This document shows, in pieces, positions 34,544 to 43,491 of a stretch of 64,000 nt of DNA. The notes under the pieces are model-generated. The model was not told the origin of the DNA and did not search any database. It worked only from the letters and a program-made list of their open reading frames with translations. Location: contig SCQK01000004.1 in the NCBI GenBank assembly GCA_004321885.1, positions 1 through 64,000 on the forward strand, given 5' to 3'. This stretch comes from Patescibacteria group bacterium (lineage in GTDB: Bacteria; Patescibacteriota; Patescibacteriia; Magasanikbacterales; GWA2-37-8). Positions within the stretch are counted from its first letter, which is position 1, and the number at the start of each line of letters is the position of its first letter. The position numbers were made by a program, and so were the translations under genes.

Positions 34544-36358
34544 ATGATTAGACAACATTCACGAGGACGGCATCAGCGCGCGCGACGCGCCTATAACACG
34601 CCGCCCAAAGAAGCGCCGGCGCAAAGCGCGAACGGCAAGCCAAATATTATCCGGCCCATCTACCAAAAGCCGTCGTTTTCGCGTTTCAAAAACGATGATT
34701 TGAAACTAAAAATCGCGGTCTTGGGCGGGCTGGAAGAAGTGGGTCGCAACTGCACTTTATTTGAATACGACGGCGATATTATTTTGGTTGACATGGGCCT
34801 GCAATTCCCCGAAGAAGATATGCCCGGCATTGATTACATCATTCCCAACATCGGCTATCTGAAAGGCAAGGAAAAAAATATCCGCGGGGTGATTATCACC
34901 CACGCTCACTACGACCACATCGGCGGCATACCCCACCTGATTCCGGCTCTCGGCTATCCCCCGATTTACGGCCTGCCGCTGACGAACGCCATCATCAAAA
35001 AGCGCCAGGAGGATTACCGTGGCCTGCGGCCGCTAAACATTCATAATATAAATGTGGCTGATAAGTTGCAATTAGGAAATTTTGAACTGGAATTTTTTCA
35101 CCTGAACCACAACATCCCCGATTCCATGGGCGTGGTGATTCGCACTCCAGAAGGCGTAGTGGTGCACACCGGCGACTGGAAATTTGACTACCAACCGGCC
35201 GGCGAACAGCCCGCGGACTTGCAAAGAATAGCGTCCATCGGCAGTCAGGGCGTGCTGGCGCTTTTGTCCGACAGCACCAATGCCTCGTCCCCGGGCCACC
35301 AGATCTCCGAGTCCGAAATCCGCACCAATCTGGATGACATCATTGCCAAGGCCCCGGGCCGCATAATCATCGGCACTTTTTCTTCGCTCTTGTCGCGCAT
35401 CAAGCAGATTATTGAAATCTCCGAAAAACTGGGCAAGGTGGTGGCCCTGGACGGCTTTAGCATGAAAAGCAACGTGGCCATTGCCAAAGAACTAAACTAC
35501 ATGCGATTCAGTCCCAAGACCTTGATTGACCTAAACCGCACGCGCGATTACCCGGACAACAAGGTGGTCATCGTGTGTACTGGCGCCCAGGGAGAAAAAA
35601 ACGCTTCCCTAATGCGTATTGCCAGCGGCGAGCACCGCTTGATAGAACTGACGCCCGGGGATACGGTGGTGTTTTCTTCTTCGGTTATCCCGGGCAACGA
35701 GCGCACTGTTCAGCGCCTCAAAGACACTCTTTTTCGCAAAGGCGCCGAGGTGATTCATTACCAGATGATGGACGTGCACGCCGGCGGGCACGCCAAGGCC
35801 GATGACGTGAAGCTAATGATACGCCTGCTTTCGCCCAAGTATTTTATTCCCATTGAAGGCAACCACTTTTTATTGCACTACAACGCCAAGGTGGCTGAAA
35901 GCATGGGCTTTCCCAAAGAAAATATTTTTATCGCCGACAACGGGCAAGTAATGGAATTTTTCCGCGGCGCCGGCCAGCTCACCAGAACCAAACTGCCGGC
36001 CGATTACGTGTTCGTGGACGGCCTGGGCGTGAGCGATGAAACCAACATTGTTTTGCGCGACCGGCAAGTCCTGGCCGAAGACGGCATGATTGTGGTGATA
36101 GCCACCGTGGACAGCAAAACCGGCAAGCTGGTGCAAAACCCGGATATTATTTCGCGCGGGTTTGTGTTTTTGAAAGAAAACAAGGAGCTGATAGAAGACC
36201 TGCGCCACCGCGTAAAAAAGCTGGTTACCGACAGCGACCCGCTTTCCTGGGCCGACACCAACAACATCCGCAACAAAATCCGCGACTATGTGGGACAATT
36301 TCTGTTTTCCAAAACCGAAAAACGCCCCATGGTGCTTCCAGTGGTGATAGAGGTATAA
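34544..36358 (+). CDS. rnj: ribonuclease J (beta-CASP metallo-beta-lactamase RNase)
   Basis: ITHAHYDHIGG metallo-beta-lactamase motif, beta-CASP region, RNase J C-terminal domain. Confidence 0.85.
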   Translation: MIRQHSRGRHQRARRAYNTPPKEAPAQSANGKPNIIRPIYQKPSFSRFKNDDLKLKIAVLGGLEEVGRNCTLFEYDGDIILVDMGLQFPEEDMPGIDYIIPNIGYLKGKEKNIRGVIITHAHYDHIGGIPHLIPALGYPPIYGLPLTNAIIKKRQEDYRGLRPLNIHNINVADKLQLGNFELEFFHLNHNIPDSMGVVIRTPEGVVVHTGDWKFDYQPAGEQPADLQRIASIGSQGVLALLSDSTNASSPGHQISESEIRTNLDDIIAKAPGRIIIGTFSSLLSRIKQIIEISEKLGKVVALDGFSMKSNVAIAKELNYMRFSPKTLIDLNRTRDYPDNKVVIVCTGAQGEKNASLMRIASGEHRLIELTPGDTVVFSSSVIPGNERTVQRLKDTLFRKGAEVIHYQMMDVHAGGHAKADDVKLMIRLLSPKYFIPIEGNHFLLHYNAKVAESMGFPKENIFIADNGQVMEFFRGAGQLTRTKLPADYVFVDGLGVSDETNIVLRDRQVLAEDGMIVVIATVDSKTGKLVQNPDIISRGFVFLKENKELIEDLRHRVKKLVTDSDPLSWADTNNIRNKIRDYVGQFLFSKTEKRPMVLPVVIEV

Positions 36359-36364
36359 ATAATC

Positions 36365-36545
36365 GCTGGCTCCATAGTCCCCGACTAAGTCGGGGCTGTG
36401 GAGCCGTATTGCAAACTGGCTCCACACAGAGTATGGAGCCAGCGGGTGTAGAAAATCGCTGGCTCCATAGTCCCCGACTAAGTCGGGGCTGTGGAGCCGT
36501 ATTGCAAACTGGCTCCACACAGAGTATGGGGTCAGCGAGCAAAGG
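36365..36545. repeat. two tandem family-A palindromic elements
   Basis: cgctggctccatagtccccgactaagtcggggctgtggagccgtattgcaaactggctccacacagagtatggagccagcg repeated twice. Confidence 0.8.
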
Positions 36546-36553
36546 GAGGGGTT

Positions 36554-37474
36554 TTACAAATACTTCTTTACTGCTTCAGCGGATTTTTTGAACTTCTTTT
36601 GCTCAACCGAAGGCAATTTCAACGGCCAAATTTTCACAATCCCCTTTCGGCCCAGCACCGCCGGAACGCCCAGACAGACACCGCTGACACCGTTCCAGCC
36701 GTTCAGACGCACCGAGAGGGGTAAAATTTTATTTTGATCATAAAGCACCGCTTCTATAATATCCGCCACCGTCAAGGCGATGCCGTAAAAAGTGGCGCCT
36801 TTGCGGTTGATGATTTCATAGGCCTCATTTTTTACCTTTTCCGCGATTTTATCCAGCTCTTTGGTCTTGATGAAATTGGTCACCGGCGCGCCGCCGATCG
36901 TTACCGTTGACCAGGCCGCGAATTCGCTGTCGCCGTGCTCGCCGAGCACAAAGCCGCTCACGCTGTGCGCGTTCACTTTCAATCTGACGGCCAGCGCGTG
37001 CCGCAGGCGCGCCGTATCCAGCGCCGTGCCCGTGCCAAACACCTGGGCGCGCGGCAAACCCGAAACTTTTTGCGCGACGTGGGTCAGCACGTCCACCGGA
37101 TTGCTTATCATTATTACAATCGCGCTCGGCTTGATTTTGCCGATGGATTTGAAAATGGATTTTATCACCGCGCGATTTTTCTTCACCAAATCCAGGCGCG
37201 TTTCCCCGGGCTTTTGCGCCAGCCCGGCCGTGACTACGATGATATCGGCATCGGCCGCGTCTTTGAAATCCGCGCCCTTCACATTGCCGGTTTCCACGAA
37301 AGACAAACCGTCGGCGATGTCCATTACTTCGCCTTTTTCTTTTTTCTCGTTCAAATCAATCAAGAGCACCTCCGAGGCCAAATTTTTGACCATGTCCGTG
37401 TAGGCCACGGTGGAGCCCACGGCCCCGGCGCCGATAACCGCGATTTTTTGCGCGGGGTATTTTTTGTCAGGCAT
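36554..37474 (-). CDS. ldh: L-lactate dehydrogenase
   Basis: IAVIGAGAVGS Rossmann motif; AGLAQKPGETRLDL with Gln at the LDH/MDH discriminating position; catalytic-His region GEHGDS. Confidence 0.8.
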   Translation of the reverse strand: MPDKKYPAQKIAVIGAGAVGSTVAYTDMVKNLASEVLLIDLNEKKEKGEVMDIADGLSFVETGNVKGADFKDAADADIIVVTAGLAQKPGETRLDLVKKNRAVIKSIFKSIGKIKPSAIVIMISNPVDVLTHVAQKVSGLPRAQVFGTGTALDTARLRHALAVRLKVNAHSVSGFVLGEHGDSEFAAWSTVTIGGAPVTNFIKTKELDKIAEKVKNEAYEIINRKGATFYGIALTVADIIEAVLYDQNKILPLSVRLNGWNGVSGVCLGVPAVLGRKGIVKIWPLKLPSVEQKKFKKSAEAVKKYL

Positions 37475-37488
37475 AATAATAAATTATT

Positions 37489-37884
37489 TTATTCTTTCAA
37501 GTCCTTCATCAGCGAACTGGCCGGACTAACTTCGCCCGCAGGCATTGGCATAAGCTCAAAATAATTGTCCGCTGAACCTGCTTCGCGGACCAACAATACG
37601 TTAAAACGCGCTTTGCCTTCTTCTGTCTGCAAAACAAAATCACCGATTTCTTGAGGCACAACTGCGTGGGTTAGGATACTGCTTGTTTGCGGGCCGCTCT
37701 TTTCTTTGGTTAAATCAAAGAGCCCTTGTAAAACCTCAACGGCCTCCTCGCGAGGCAAAGTCCTGCCTTTTGTTTCAACCGCGAGCGCGTTTATGGCCAT
37801 CTTGACCTCGGCCATTAAAGCCCGGCGCCGCTTTTCCTCCTTGTCTCCTTCCCTATCCCCTTTGCCTTCATTAAACTCTGTCAT
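37489..37884 (-). CDS. hypothetical protein
   Basis: 131 aa acidic protein, no recognised domain. Confidence 0.35.
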   Translation of the reverse strand: MTEFNEGKGDREGDKEEKRRRALMAEVKMAINALAVETKGRTLPREEAVEVLQGLFDLTKEKSGPQTSSILTHAVVPQEIGDFVLQTEEGKARFNVLLVREAGSADNYFELMPMPAGEVSPASSLMKDLKE

Positions 37885-37950
37885 ACATAAATTTCAAATC
37901 TCCTTTTTAGATAGTATAGCAAACAAAAACGCCCCTGTTAAGGGGGCGTT

Positions 37951-38410
37951 TGTGGTTCATGGTTATAAGCCGAATTTTGTACCCCGACGTTACGTCGGGG
38001 CGATGTTCATTTCTCTGGTCTTGACATTGCTGTCAAAATCTTAGCGAGCGAACTTTTTATCCCGACTAAGTCGGGACTCTGCTCTTGCGCCAGACAGGGC
38101 TTGGCACTCTTCGACGTTGCCGCCGAAGGGAGTATGGTAGCTTTGGTCTCGAGAACCACAACTCCCATACACTTTTCACCTTTGACGAACCCCGACTAAG
38201 TCGGGGTGAACGTCCGCCTGTGGCGGACTCTCATGAATCGCTAGTATTGTCTCTGTGCCGCTTTCCCTACGCCGACGTTGCCGCCGACGTGGCGGGTGTT
38301 ACCCGTTGCCTTTTTCTTTACCGGCTAGTTCCGCTAAGGGCGGACAGACGGAAAGGGCGTTCGGACTTTCCTTCCCGACTAAGTCGGGACGAACATCTGC
38401 CACGAACTGA
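37951..38410 (-). ncRNA. rnpB: RNase P RNA (bacterial type A-like)
   Basis: Minus strand contains GGAAAGTCCGAACGCC (CR-I), GGGTAACACCCGCC (GGTAACGCC-like), AAAGGTGAAAAG, and ACAAAATTCGGCTTATAACC (CR-V, ACAGAACCCGGCTTA-like). P1 GTTCGTGG / CCATGAAC. Followed by terminator 37924..37950. Three cccgacttagtcggg hairpins occupy peripheral helix positions (one at P3). Confidence 0.75.
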
Positions 38411-38470
38411 TTAAATGTAGCACAAAAACGCCGACTTGTCAAGACAGCTAAAAAAGAGTAAAATGGCAGT

Positions 38471-39886
38471 ATGAAAAGACTTGACTACACCTTTACTTTT
38501 CTCCAACTTCCGGTGGATTACCTGATGCTTATTCTGGCCGGCTTTAGCGCCTATGGTTTGCGCTTCAGCAAATTCGCGGTCTCCATCCGCCCCATCATGT
38601 TTGACTTGTCCTGGAGTAAATATTGGCCCACAGCGCTTTTGGCCGCCGCGGGCTGGGTGATTATTTTCGCCCTGGCCGGGCTTTATCACTCCAACCCCAA
38701 CCGCAAATTACTGCGCGACCTGTCCCGCGTGCTCTTCGCCTGCTCCACCGGCTTCGCGGGCATCACCATTTACGTTTTTTTCACCCTGCAAAAATTTGAT
38801 TCGCGCTTTTTGGTTTTGGCCGGCTGGATTTTGGCCGCGCTCTATGTGAGCGCTGGCAGAATTATCATGCGCGGTCTAAAATTATTATTTTATAACCTGG
38901 GCCTGGGCCTGCGCCGCACGGTGATTGTCGGCTCGCAAATCATGGCCGAGCAGATTATCGGCGCCCTGGGCGGCCGCCAATATCTGGGGTACAAGGTAGT
39001 CGGTTTTTTTGACTGTTTTGATATTAGCTCGGCCAAAAAAATCGCCGCCCTTTCCCCGGATGAAATTATTTTCGCGGACCCCAAAGCCCACGGCGAGGAA
39101 GCCGTGGACGCGGTGGATTTTGCCAACGAGCACCATATCGCCTTCAAGTACTCGGCCGACCTCTTTTCCACCATCTCCACCAACATGACTGTGTCCACCA
39201 TTGCCGGCATTCCCATCATAGAGCTGGGGCGCACGCGCCTGGTGGGCTGGGGCATGATTGTCAAGAGAATTTTTGATATTCTCGGCAGTCTGATTTTGTT
39301 AATTTTCTTCTCGCCTATTTTCGCCCTGGCCGGCCTGGCTGTGCTGGCGGAAACCGGCCGTCCGGCGCTGTACCGCAACAGGCGCGTGGGGCAAAACAAC
39401 CGCGAGTTTATCGCCCTAAAATTCCGTTCCATGCGCCAAAAAGATTGCGTGGGGGAAGAATACGACAATGCCAAAAAAGCCCTGGCCAAAGAGCAAAAAC
39501 TAATAGAAACGCAGAGCGCGAAAAGCGGCCCGATTTACAAGATTAAAGACGACCCGCGCGTCACCAAAGTCGGCGCCTTTATCCGCCGCTGGAGCATAGA
39601 CGAACTGCCTCAACTGTGGAATGTGTTACGGGGGGAAATGAGTCTGGTGGGTCCGCGCCCGCACCAGCCCAGGGAAGTGAATAAATACCCATCGCGCCAC
39701 AAAATCGTCCTGGCCATCAAACCGGGCATCACCGGCCTGGCGCAAATTTCCGGCCGCAGCAGTTTAAGTTTTGAAGAGGAAATCCGGCTGGATACTTTAT
39801 ATATAGAAAAATGGAGCATCATTATGGATTTGATTATTTTGCTTAAAACCCCCTTTATTGTTTTGCGCAAAGAAGGCGCGTGGTGA
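38471..39886 (+). CDS. undecaprenyl-phosphate sugar phosphotransferase (WbaP/EpsB-type bacterial sugar transferase)
   Basis: Multi-TM N-terminus; C-terminal KFRSM ... DELPQLWNVLRGEMSLVGPRP motif. Confidence 0.85.
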   Translation: MKRLDYTFTFLQLPVDYLMLILAGFSAYGLRFSKFAVSIRPIMFDLSWSKYWPTALLAAAGWVIIFALAGLYHSNPNRKLLRDLSRVLFACSTGFAGITIYVFFTLQKFDSRFLVLAGWILAALYVSAGRIIMRGLKLLFYNLGLGLRRTVIVGSQIMAEQIIGALGGRQYLGYKVVGFFDCFDISSAKKIAALSPDEIIFADPKAHGEEAVDAVDFANEHHIAFKYSADLFSTISTNMTVSTIAGIPIIELGRTRLVGWGMIVKRIFDILGSLILLIFFSPIFALAGLAVLAETGRPALYRNRRVGQNNREFIALKFRSMRQKDCVGEEYDNAKKALAKEQKLIETQSAKSGPIYKIKDDPRVTKVGAFIRRWSIDELPQLWNVLRGEMSLVGPRPHQPREVNKYPSRHKIVLAIKPGITGLAQISGRSSLSFEEEIRLDTLYIEKWSIIMDLIILLKTPFIVLRKEGAW

Positions 39887-39893
39887 GACCCCT

Positions 39894-41015
39894 ATGAAAA
39901 TTGCCCTGGTCCATGATTATCTGGCTCAAGACGGAGGGGCCGAGCGCGTACTGAAAACGTTTCATGAAATCTGGCCGCAAGCGCCTATTTTTGTTCTTTT
40001 CCACAACAAAAAAATGATAGACAGCCTGCCCGAGGCTAAAATCAATCAGTCGTTCATCTCCCGCCTGCCTTTCGGGAAAAAATTTTTTCAATGGTATCTG
40101 CCTCTCATGCCCGTGGCCACGGAAAAGCACAACCTGCATGAATTTGACGTGGTGCTTTCTTCCACCAGTTCATTTGCCAAAGGCGTGCTCACGCGGCCCG
40201 AAACCCTGCACATCTCCTATTGCCACACTCCCCCGCGCTATTTGTGGACCGAGGCCCACGAATATCTAACCGACCTGCGCCTGAACCGCGCGGTCAAAGC
40301 CCTGCTCCCGCGCATCATTTACAAACTGCGCATGTGGGACCAGATGAGCGCGGACCGCGTGGATTTTTTCATCGCCAACTCGCGCACGGTGCAGTTGCGC
40401 ATAAACAAGTATTACCGCCGTGCGAGCGATTTGATTTACCCGCCCGTGGACTTGGAAAAATTTCGCGTCGCGCCCGCCATCAGCGACTACTTCGCGGCCG
40501 GCGGCCGGCTGGTGCCTTATAAAAAAATTGACCTGGTCGTGAAAACTTTCAACCGGCTGAAATGGCCCCTGAAAATTTTCGGCGTGGGGCCGGAGCTAAA
40601 CGCTCTGCAAAAAATGGCCAAGCCGAACATAGAATTTCTGGGAAAAATTTCCGATGAAGAGAAAGCGTCTTTGCTGGGTCAGGCGCGAGCGTTCATTCAT
40701 CCGCAATTAGAGGACTGCGGCATCACGCCGCTTGAAACCATGGCCAGCGGCCGGCCGGTGATCGCCTATGCGGCCGGCGGGGCCACGGAAACGGTTTTGC
40801 CAAACGAGACCGGCGTTTTTTTCCACAAGCAAAATTGGGAATCGCTTTATAAAATCCTGCTTAATTTTGACCCATATTCCTGGGACGGCGAGCGCGTGCG
40901 CCAGCATGCGGCCAAATTCAACTCCGCCAATTTCAAGCAAAAAATAAAGGATTACGTGGAGCATCGGTACGAAGAATTCAAAAAGGGACTAAGCCAGGAA
41001 AGATTATTTGTATAA
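39894..41015 (+). CDS. glycosyltransferase family 4
   Basis: MKIALVHDYL ... GT4 C-terminal E-x7-E-like region. Confidence 0.7.
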   Translation: MKIALVHDYLAQDGGAERVLKTFHEIWPQAPIFVLFHNKKMIDSLPEAKINQSFISRLPFGKKFFQWYLPLMPVATEKHNLHEFDVVLSSTSSFAKGVLTRPETLHISYCHTPPRYLWTEAHEYLTDLRLNRAVKALLPRIIYKLRMWDQMSADRVDFFIANSRTVQLRINKYYRRASDLIYPPVDLEKFRVAPAISDYFAAGGRLVPYKKIDLVVKTFNRLKWPLKIFGVGPELNALQKMAKPNIEFLGKISDEEKASLLGQARAFIHPQLEDCGITPLETMASGRPVIAYAAGGATETVLPNETGVFFHKQNWESLYKILLNFDPYSWDGERVRQHAAKFNSANFKQKIKDYVEHRYEEFKKGLSQERLFV

Positions 41016-41018
41016 TAT

Positions 41019-42212
41019 ATGCGCGTTGGCATTGATGTCAGGCCGCTGATGAATGACGTGCGCACCGGCATTGGCGAATACACGCATTTTTTGCTGGACA
41101 CTATTTTTGACATTGATAAAAAGAACGAATATTTTCTGTTTTACAACTCCGGCAAAGATGTCGGCGCCAATATTCCCCAGTGGACGCAAAATAATATTCA
41201 TTATGTCGCGAGCAGATGGCCCAATAAAATTTTCAACGCGTCCATAAAATTTTTCAACCGGCCGCGAATCAAAGAGGTGGACATTTTTTTTTCTCCTAAT
41301 CTCAACTTCACCGCCCTGTCGCCGAAAACAAAATTTATTCTCACGGTTCACGACTTGTCCTTTGAGCTGTTTCCGGAATTTTTTTCCGCCAAACAGCGGC
41401 TGTGGCACAAAATGATAAACCCGCGCAGACAATGCCAGCGGGCCGATATTATTATCGCGCCCTCTGAAAACACCAAGCGGGATTTGAGGGAGATATATAA
41501 TATAGAAGAGAAAAAAATAAAAGTGATTTACCCGGGAATATGTCATCCCGACCCGCCACAGGGCGGGGAGGGATCTCTGTTCACGGCTGGCTCCATAATC
41601 CCCCCCACAGGGGTGGAGCTAAACTGCAAGCTGGCTCCACAGCCCGCCTTTGGCGGGATTATGGAGCCAGCCAATTCCAATCCCTACATCCTCTTCCTCG
41701 GCACCATTGAGCCGCGCAAAAATATTATCGGCCTGATAGAGGCGTTTGAAAAAGCCTGCCCCTCGCTCCCGGCGCCTTACACCCTCGTTATCGCCGGGGC
41801 CGCGGGCTGGAACAATAAACAGATTTACGAACGCGCCAAAAATTCCCCCATTAAAGATAAAATTAAAATTTTGGGATACGTGCGGCCGGAAGAAAAGCCG
41901 GCTCTGTATGCCGGCGCGGCCTTGTTTTGCTATCCCAGCATTTACGAGGGCTTTGGTTTTCCGGTTTTGGAAGCCATGTCCGCGGGGACTCCGGTTTTAA
42001 CCTCAAACCGCTCTTCCCTGCCGGAAATAACGAGCGGCGCCGCGCACCTGGTAAATCCAAACAATGTTTCCGACATGGCCGCAGGCATAATAAACATTTT
42101 AACCAACGAAAAACTGCGCAATTTTTTGAAAGAAAAGGGCCAAGAGCAGGCCGCGAAATTTTTATGGCAAGAAGCGGCGGAAAAATTTTTAAGCGTTATT
42201 CGCTCTTTGTAA
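41019..42212 (+). CDS. glycosyltransferase family 4, with in-frame palindromic-element insertion
   Basis: GT4 motifs (ILFLGTIEPRKN, EGFGFPVLEAMSAGTPV). Segment 41585..41668 (ggctccacagcccgcctttggcgggattatggagccagcc, family-A-like) encodes ...GVELNCKLAPQPAFGGIMEPANS in frame. Confidence 0.75.
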   Translation: MRVGIDVRPLMNDVRTGIGEYTHFLLDTIFDIDKKNEYFLFYNSGKDVGANIPQWTQNNIHYVASRWPNKIFNASIKFFNRPRIKEVDIFFSPNLNFTALSPKTKFILTVHDLSFELFPEFFSAKQRLWHKMINPRRQCQRADIIIAPSENTKRDLREIYNIEEKKIKVIYPGICHPDPPQGGEGSLFTAGSIIPPTGVELNCKLAPQPAFGGIMEPANSNPYILFLGTIEPRKNIIGLIEAFEKACPSLPAPYTLVIAGAAGWNNKQIYERAKNSPIKDKIKILGYVRPEEKPALYAGAALFCYPSIYEGFGFPVLEAMSAGTPVLTSNRSSLPEITSGAAHLVNPNNVSDMAAGIINILTNEKLRNFLKEKGQEQAAKFLWQEAAEKFLSVIRSL

Positions 42213-42321
42213 AAACCGCCAAACGTAGTAAAATAATAAACAGTAATTGATTTTAGTTAAAAAAACAGAAAATGCTCAATAAGAAATAAATAAGTTAAAG
42301 ATCAACTAGAAACCGACGAGT

Positions 42322-43449
42322 ATGGCAGAAAAAAAAATCCTCATCCTGCACGACTACTTCCTGTACAAAGGCGGCGGAGAACGGCTGGTGATTTCTTTGG
42401 CCAAGGGTTTGGGGGCCGATATCGCCACGGCTTTTATCGCGGCCGGCGCCTTTGACCCGCGCGACCACGGCATCAAAACCTTTGAATTATACAAAGAGAG
42501 CCGTTTTTCGCGAATCCCCGGCTTCAGATATTTGCAAACGCAATTCGCTTTTTTGCTCAAAACCGGCTTTGCCAAAAACTACGATGTCGTTATTTACAGC
42601 GGCGACTGCCTCACAGCGCGATTGCGCCTAACCAAACCAAAAAGCATCGCCTACATGCATACTCCTCCGCGTCATTTGTACGACGCCTATAGCGAACGCC
42701 TGCGCGAATATCCGTTGTGGAAAAAAATAATTTTTGTTCCCTTTGTTTGGTTCAACCGTTTGCGCTTTTCTTATTTAACAAAAAAAATGAACGTGATCGT
42801 CACAAATTCTCAAAACACGCGCGCGCGCATCAAAGAGTATTTGGGATTGGATTCCATTGTCGTTTATCCGCCCTGCGATGTCGTGCCCTTGTCCAATCTG
42901 GGCTACGGCGATTATTTTTTTTCCTGGGCCCGGCTCTATCCGATTAAACGCGTGGATAAGATCGTGGAGGCCTTTGCCGCCATGCCGGATAAAAAACTGG
43001 TGGTGGCCTCGGGCGGGCCGGATCTGGAAAAAATCCAAAAACTGGCGGCCGGCTGCCAGAACATCAAAGTGCTGGGCTGGATCAGCGACCAAGAATTGGA
43101 ACAACACCTGGGCAAATGTTTGGCCACCATTTACGTTCCGGTGCGCGAGGACTTTGGCATGAGCGCGGTTGAATCCATGAATGCAGGCAAACCGGTAATC
43201 GGCGCGGCCGAAGGCGGGCTCTTGGAAATAATTGAACACGAAAAAAACGGCTTTCTGCTAAAACCCGATTTTAGCGCCGAAGATTTACGCGCGGCCGTAC
43301 GCGCCATGACCGCGGACAAAGCCGCGGCTATGGCCAATGCCTGCCTGGCCACGAGCAAAAAATTCAGCGAGCAAAACTTCATTGAGGGAATGAAAAAAAT
43401 AGTGTATAATGTCATTGCGAGGCCGAAGCAAACCCATGCCCAACGATAG
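42322..43449 (+). CDS. glycosyltransferase family 4
   Basis: MAEKKILILHDYF ... REDFGMSAVESMNAGKPVI. The last ~14 codons are encoded by the family-B element 43405..43482. Confidence 0.7.
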   Translation: MAEKKILILHDYFLYKGGGERLVISLAKGLGADIATAFIAAGAFDPRDHGIKTFELYKESRFSRIPGFRYLQTQFAFLLKTGFAKNYDVVIYSGDCLTARLRLTKPKSIAYMHTPPRHLYDAYSERLREYPLWKKIIFVPFVWFNRLRFSYLTKKMNVIVTNSQNTRARIKEYLGLDSIVVYPPCDVVPLSNLGYGDYFFSWARLYPIKRVDKIVEAFAAMPDKKLVVASGGPDLEKIQKLAAGCQNIKVLGWISDQELEQHLGKCLATIYVPVREDFGMSAVESMNAGKPVIGAAEGGLLEIIEHEKNGFLLKPDFSAEDLRAAVRAMTADKAAAMANACLATSKKFSEQNFIEGMKKIVYNVIARPKQTHAQR

Positions 43450-43491
43450 GGATTGCTTCGCCACTTCATGGCTCGCAATGACAGCGACACA

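Noticed and set aside
38085-38414. 109-aa plus-strand ORF
   Set aside because: Lies inside the RNase P RNA gene (conserved CR-I/CR-V motifs on the minus strand).
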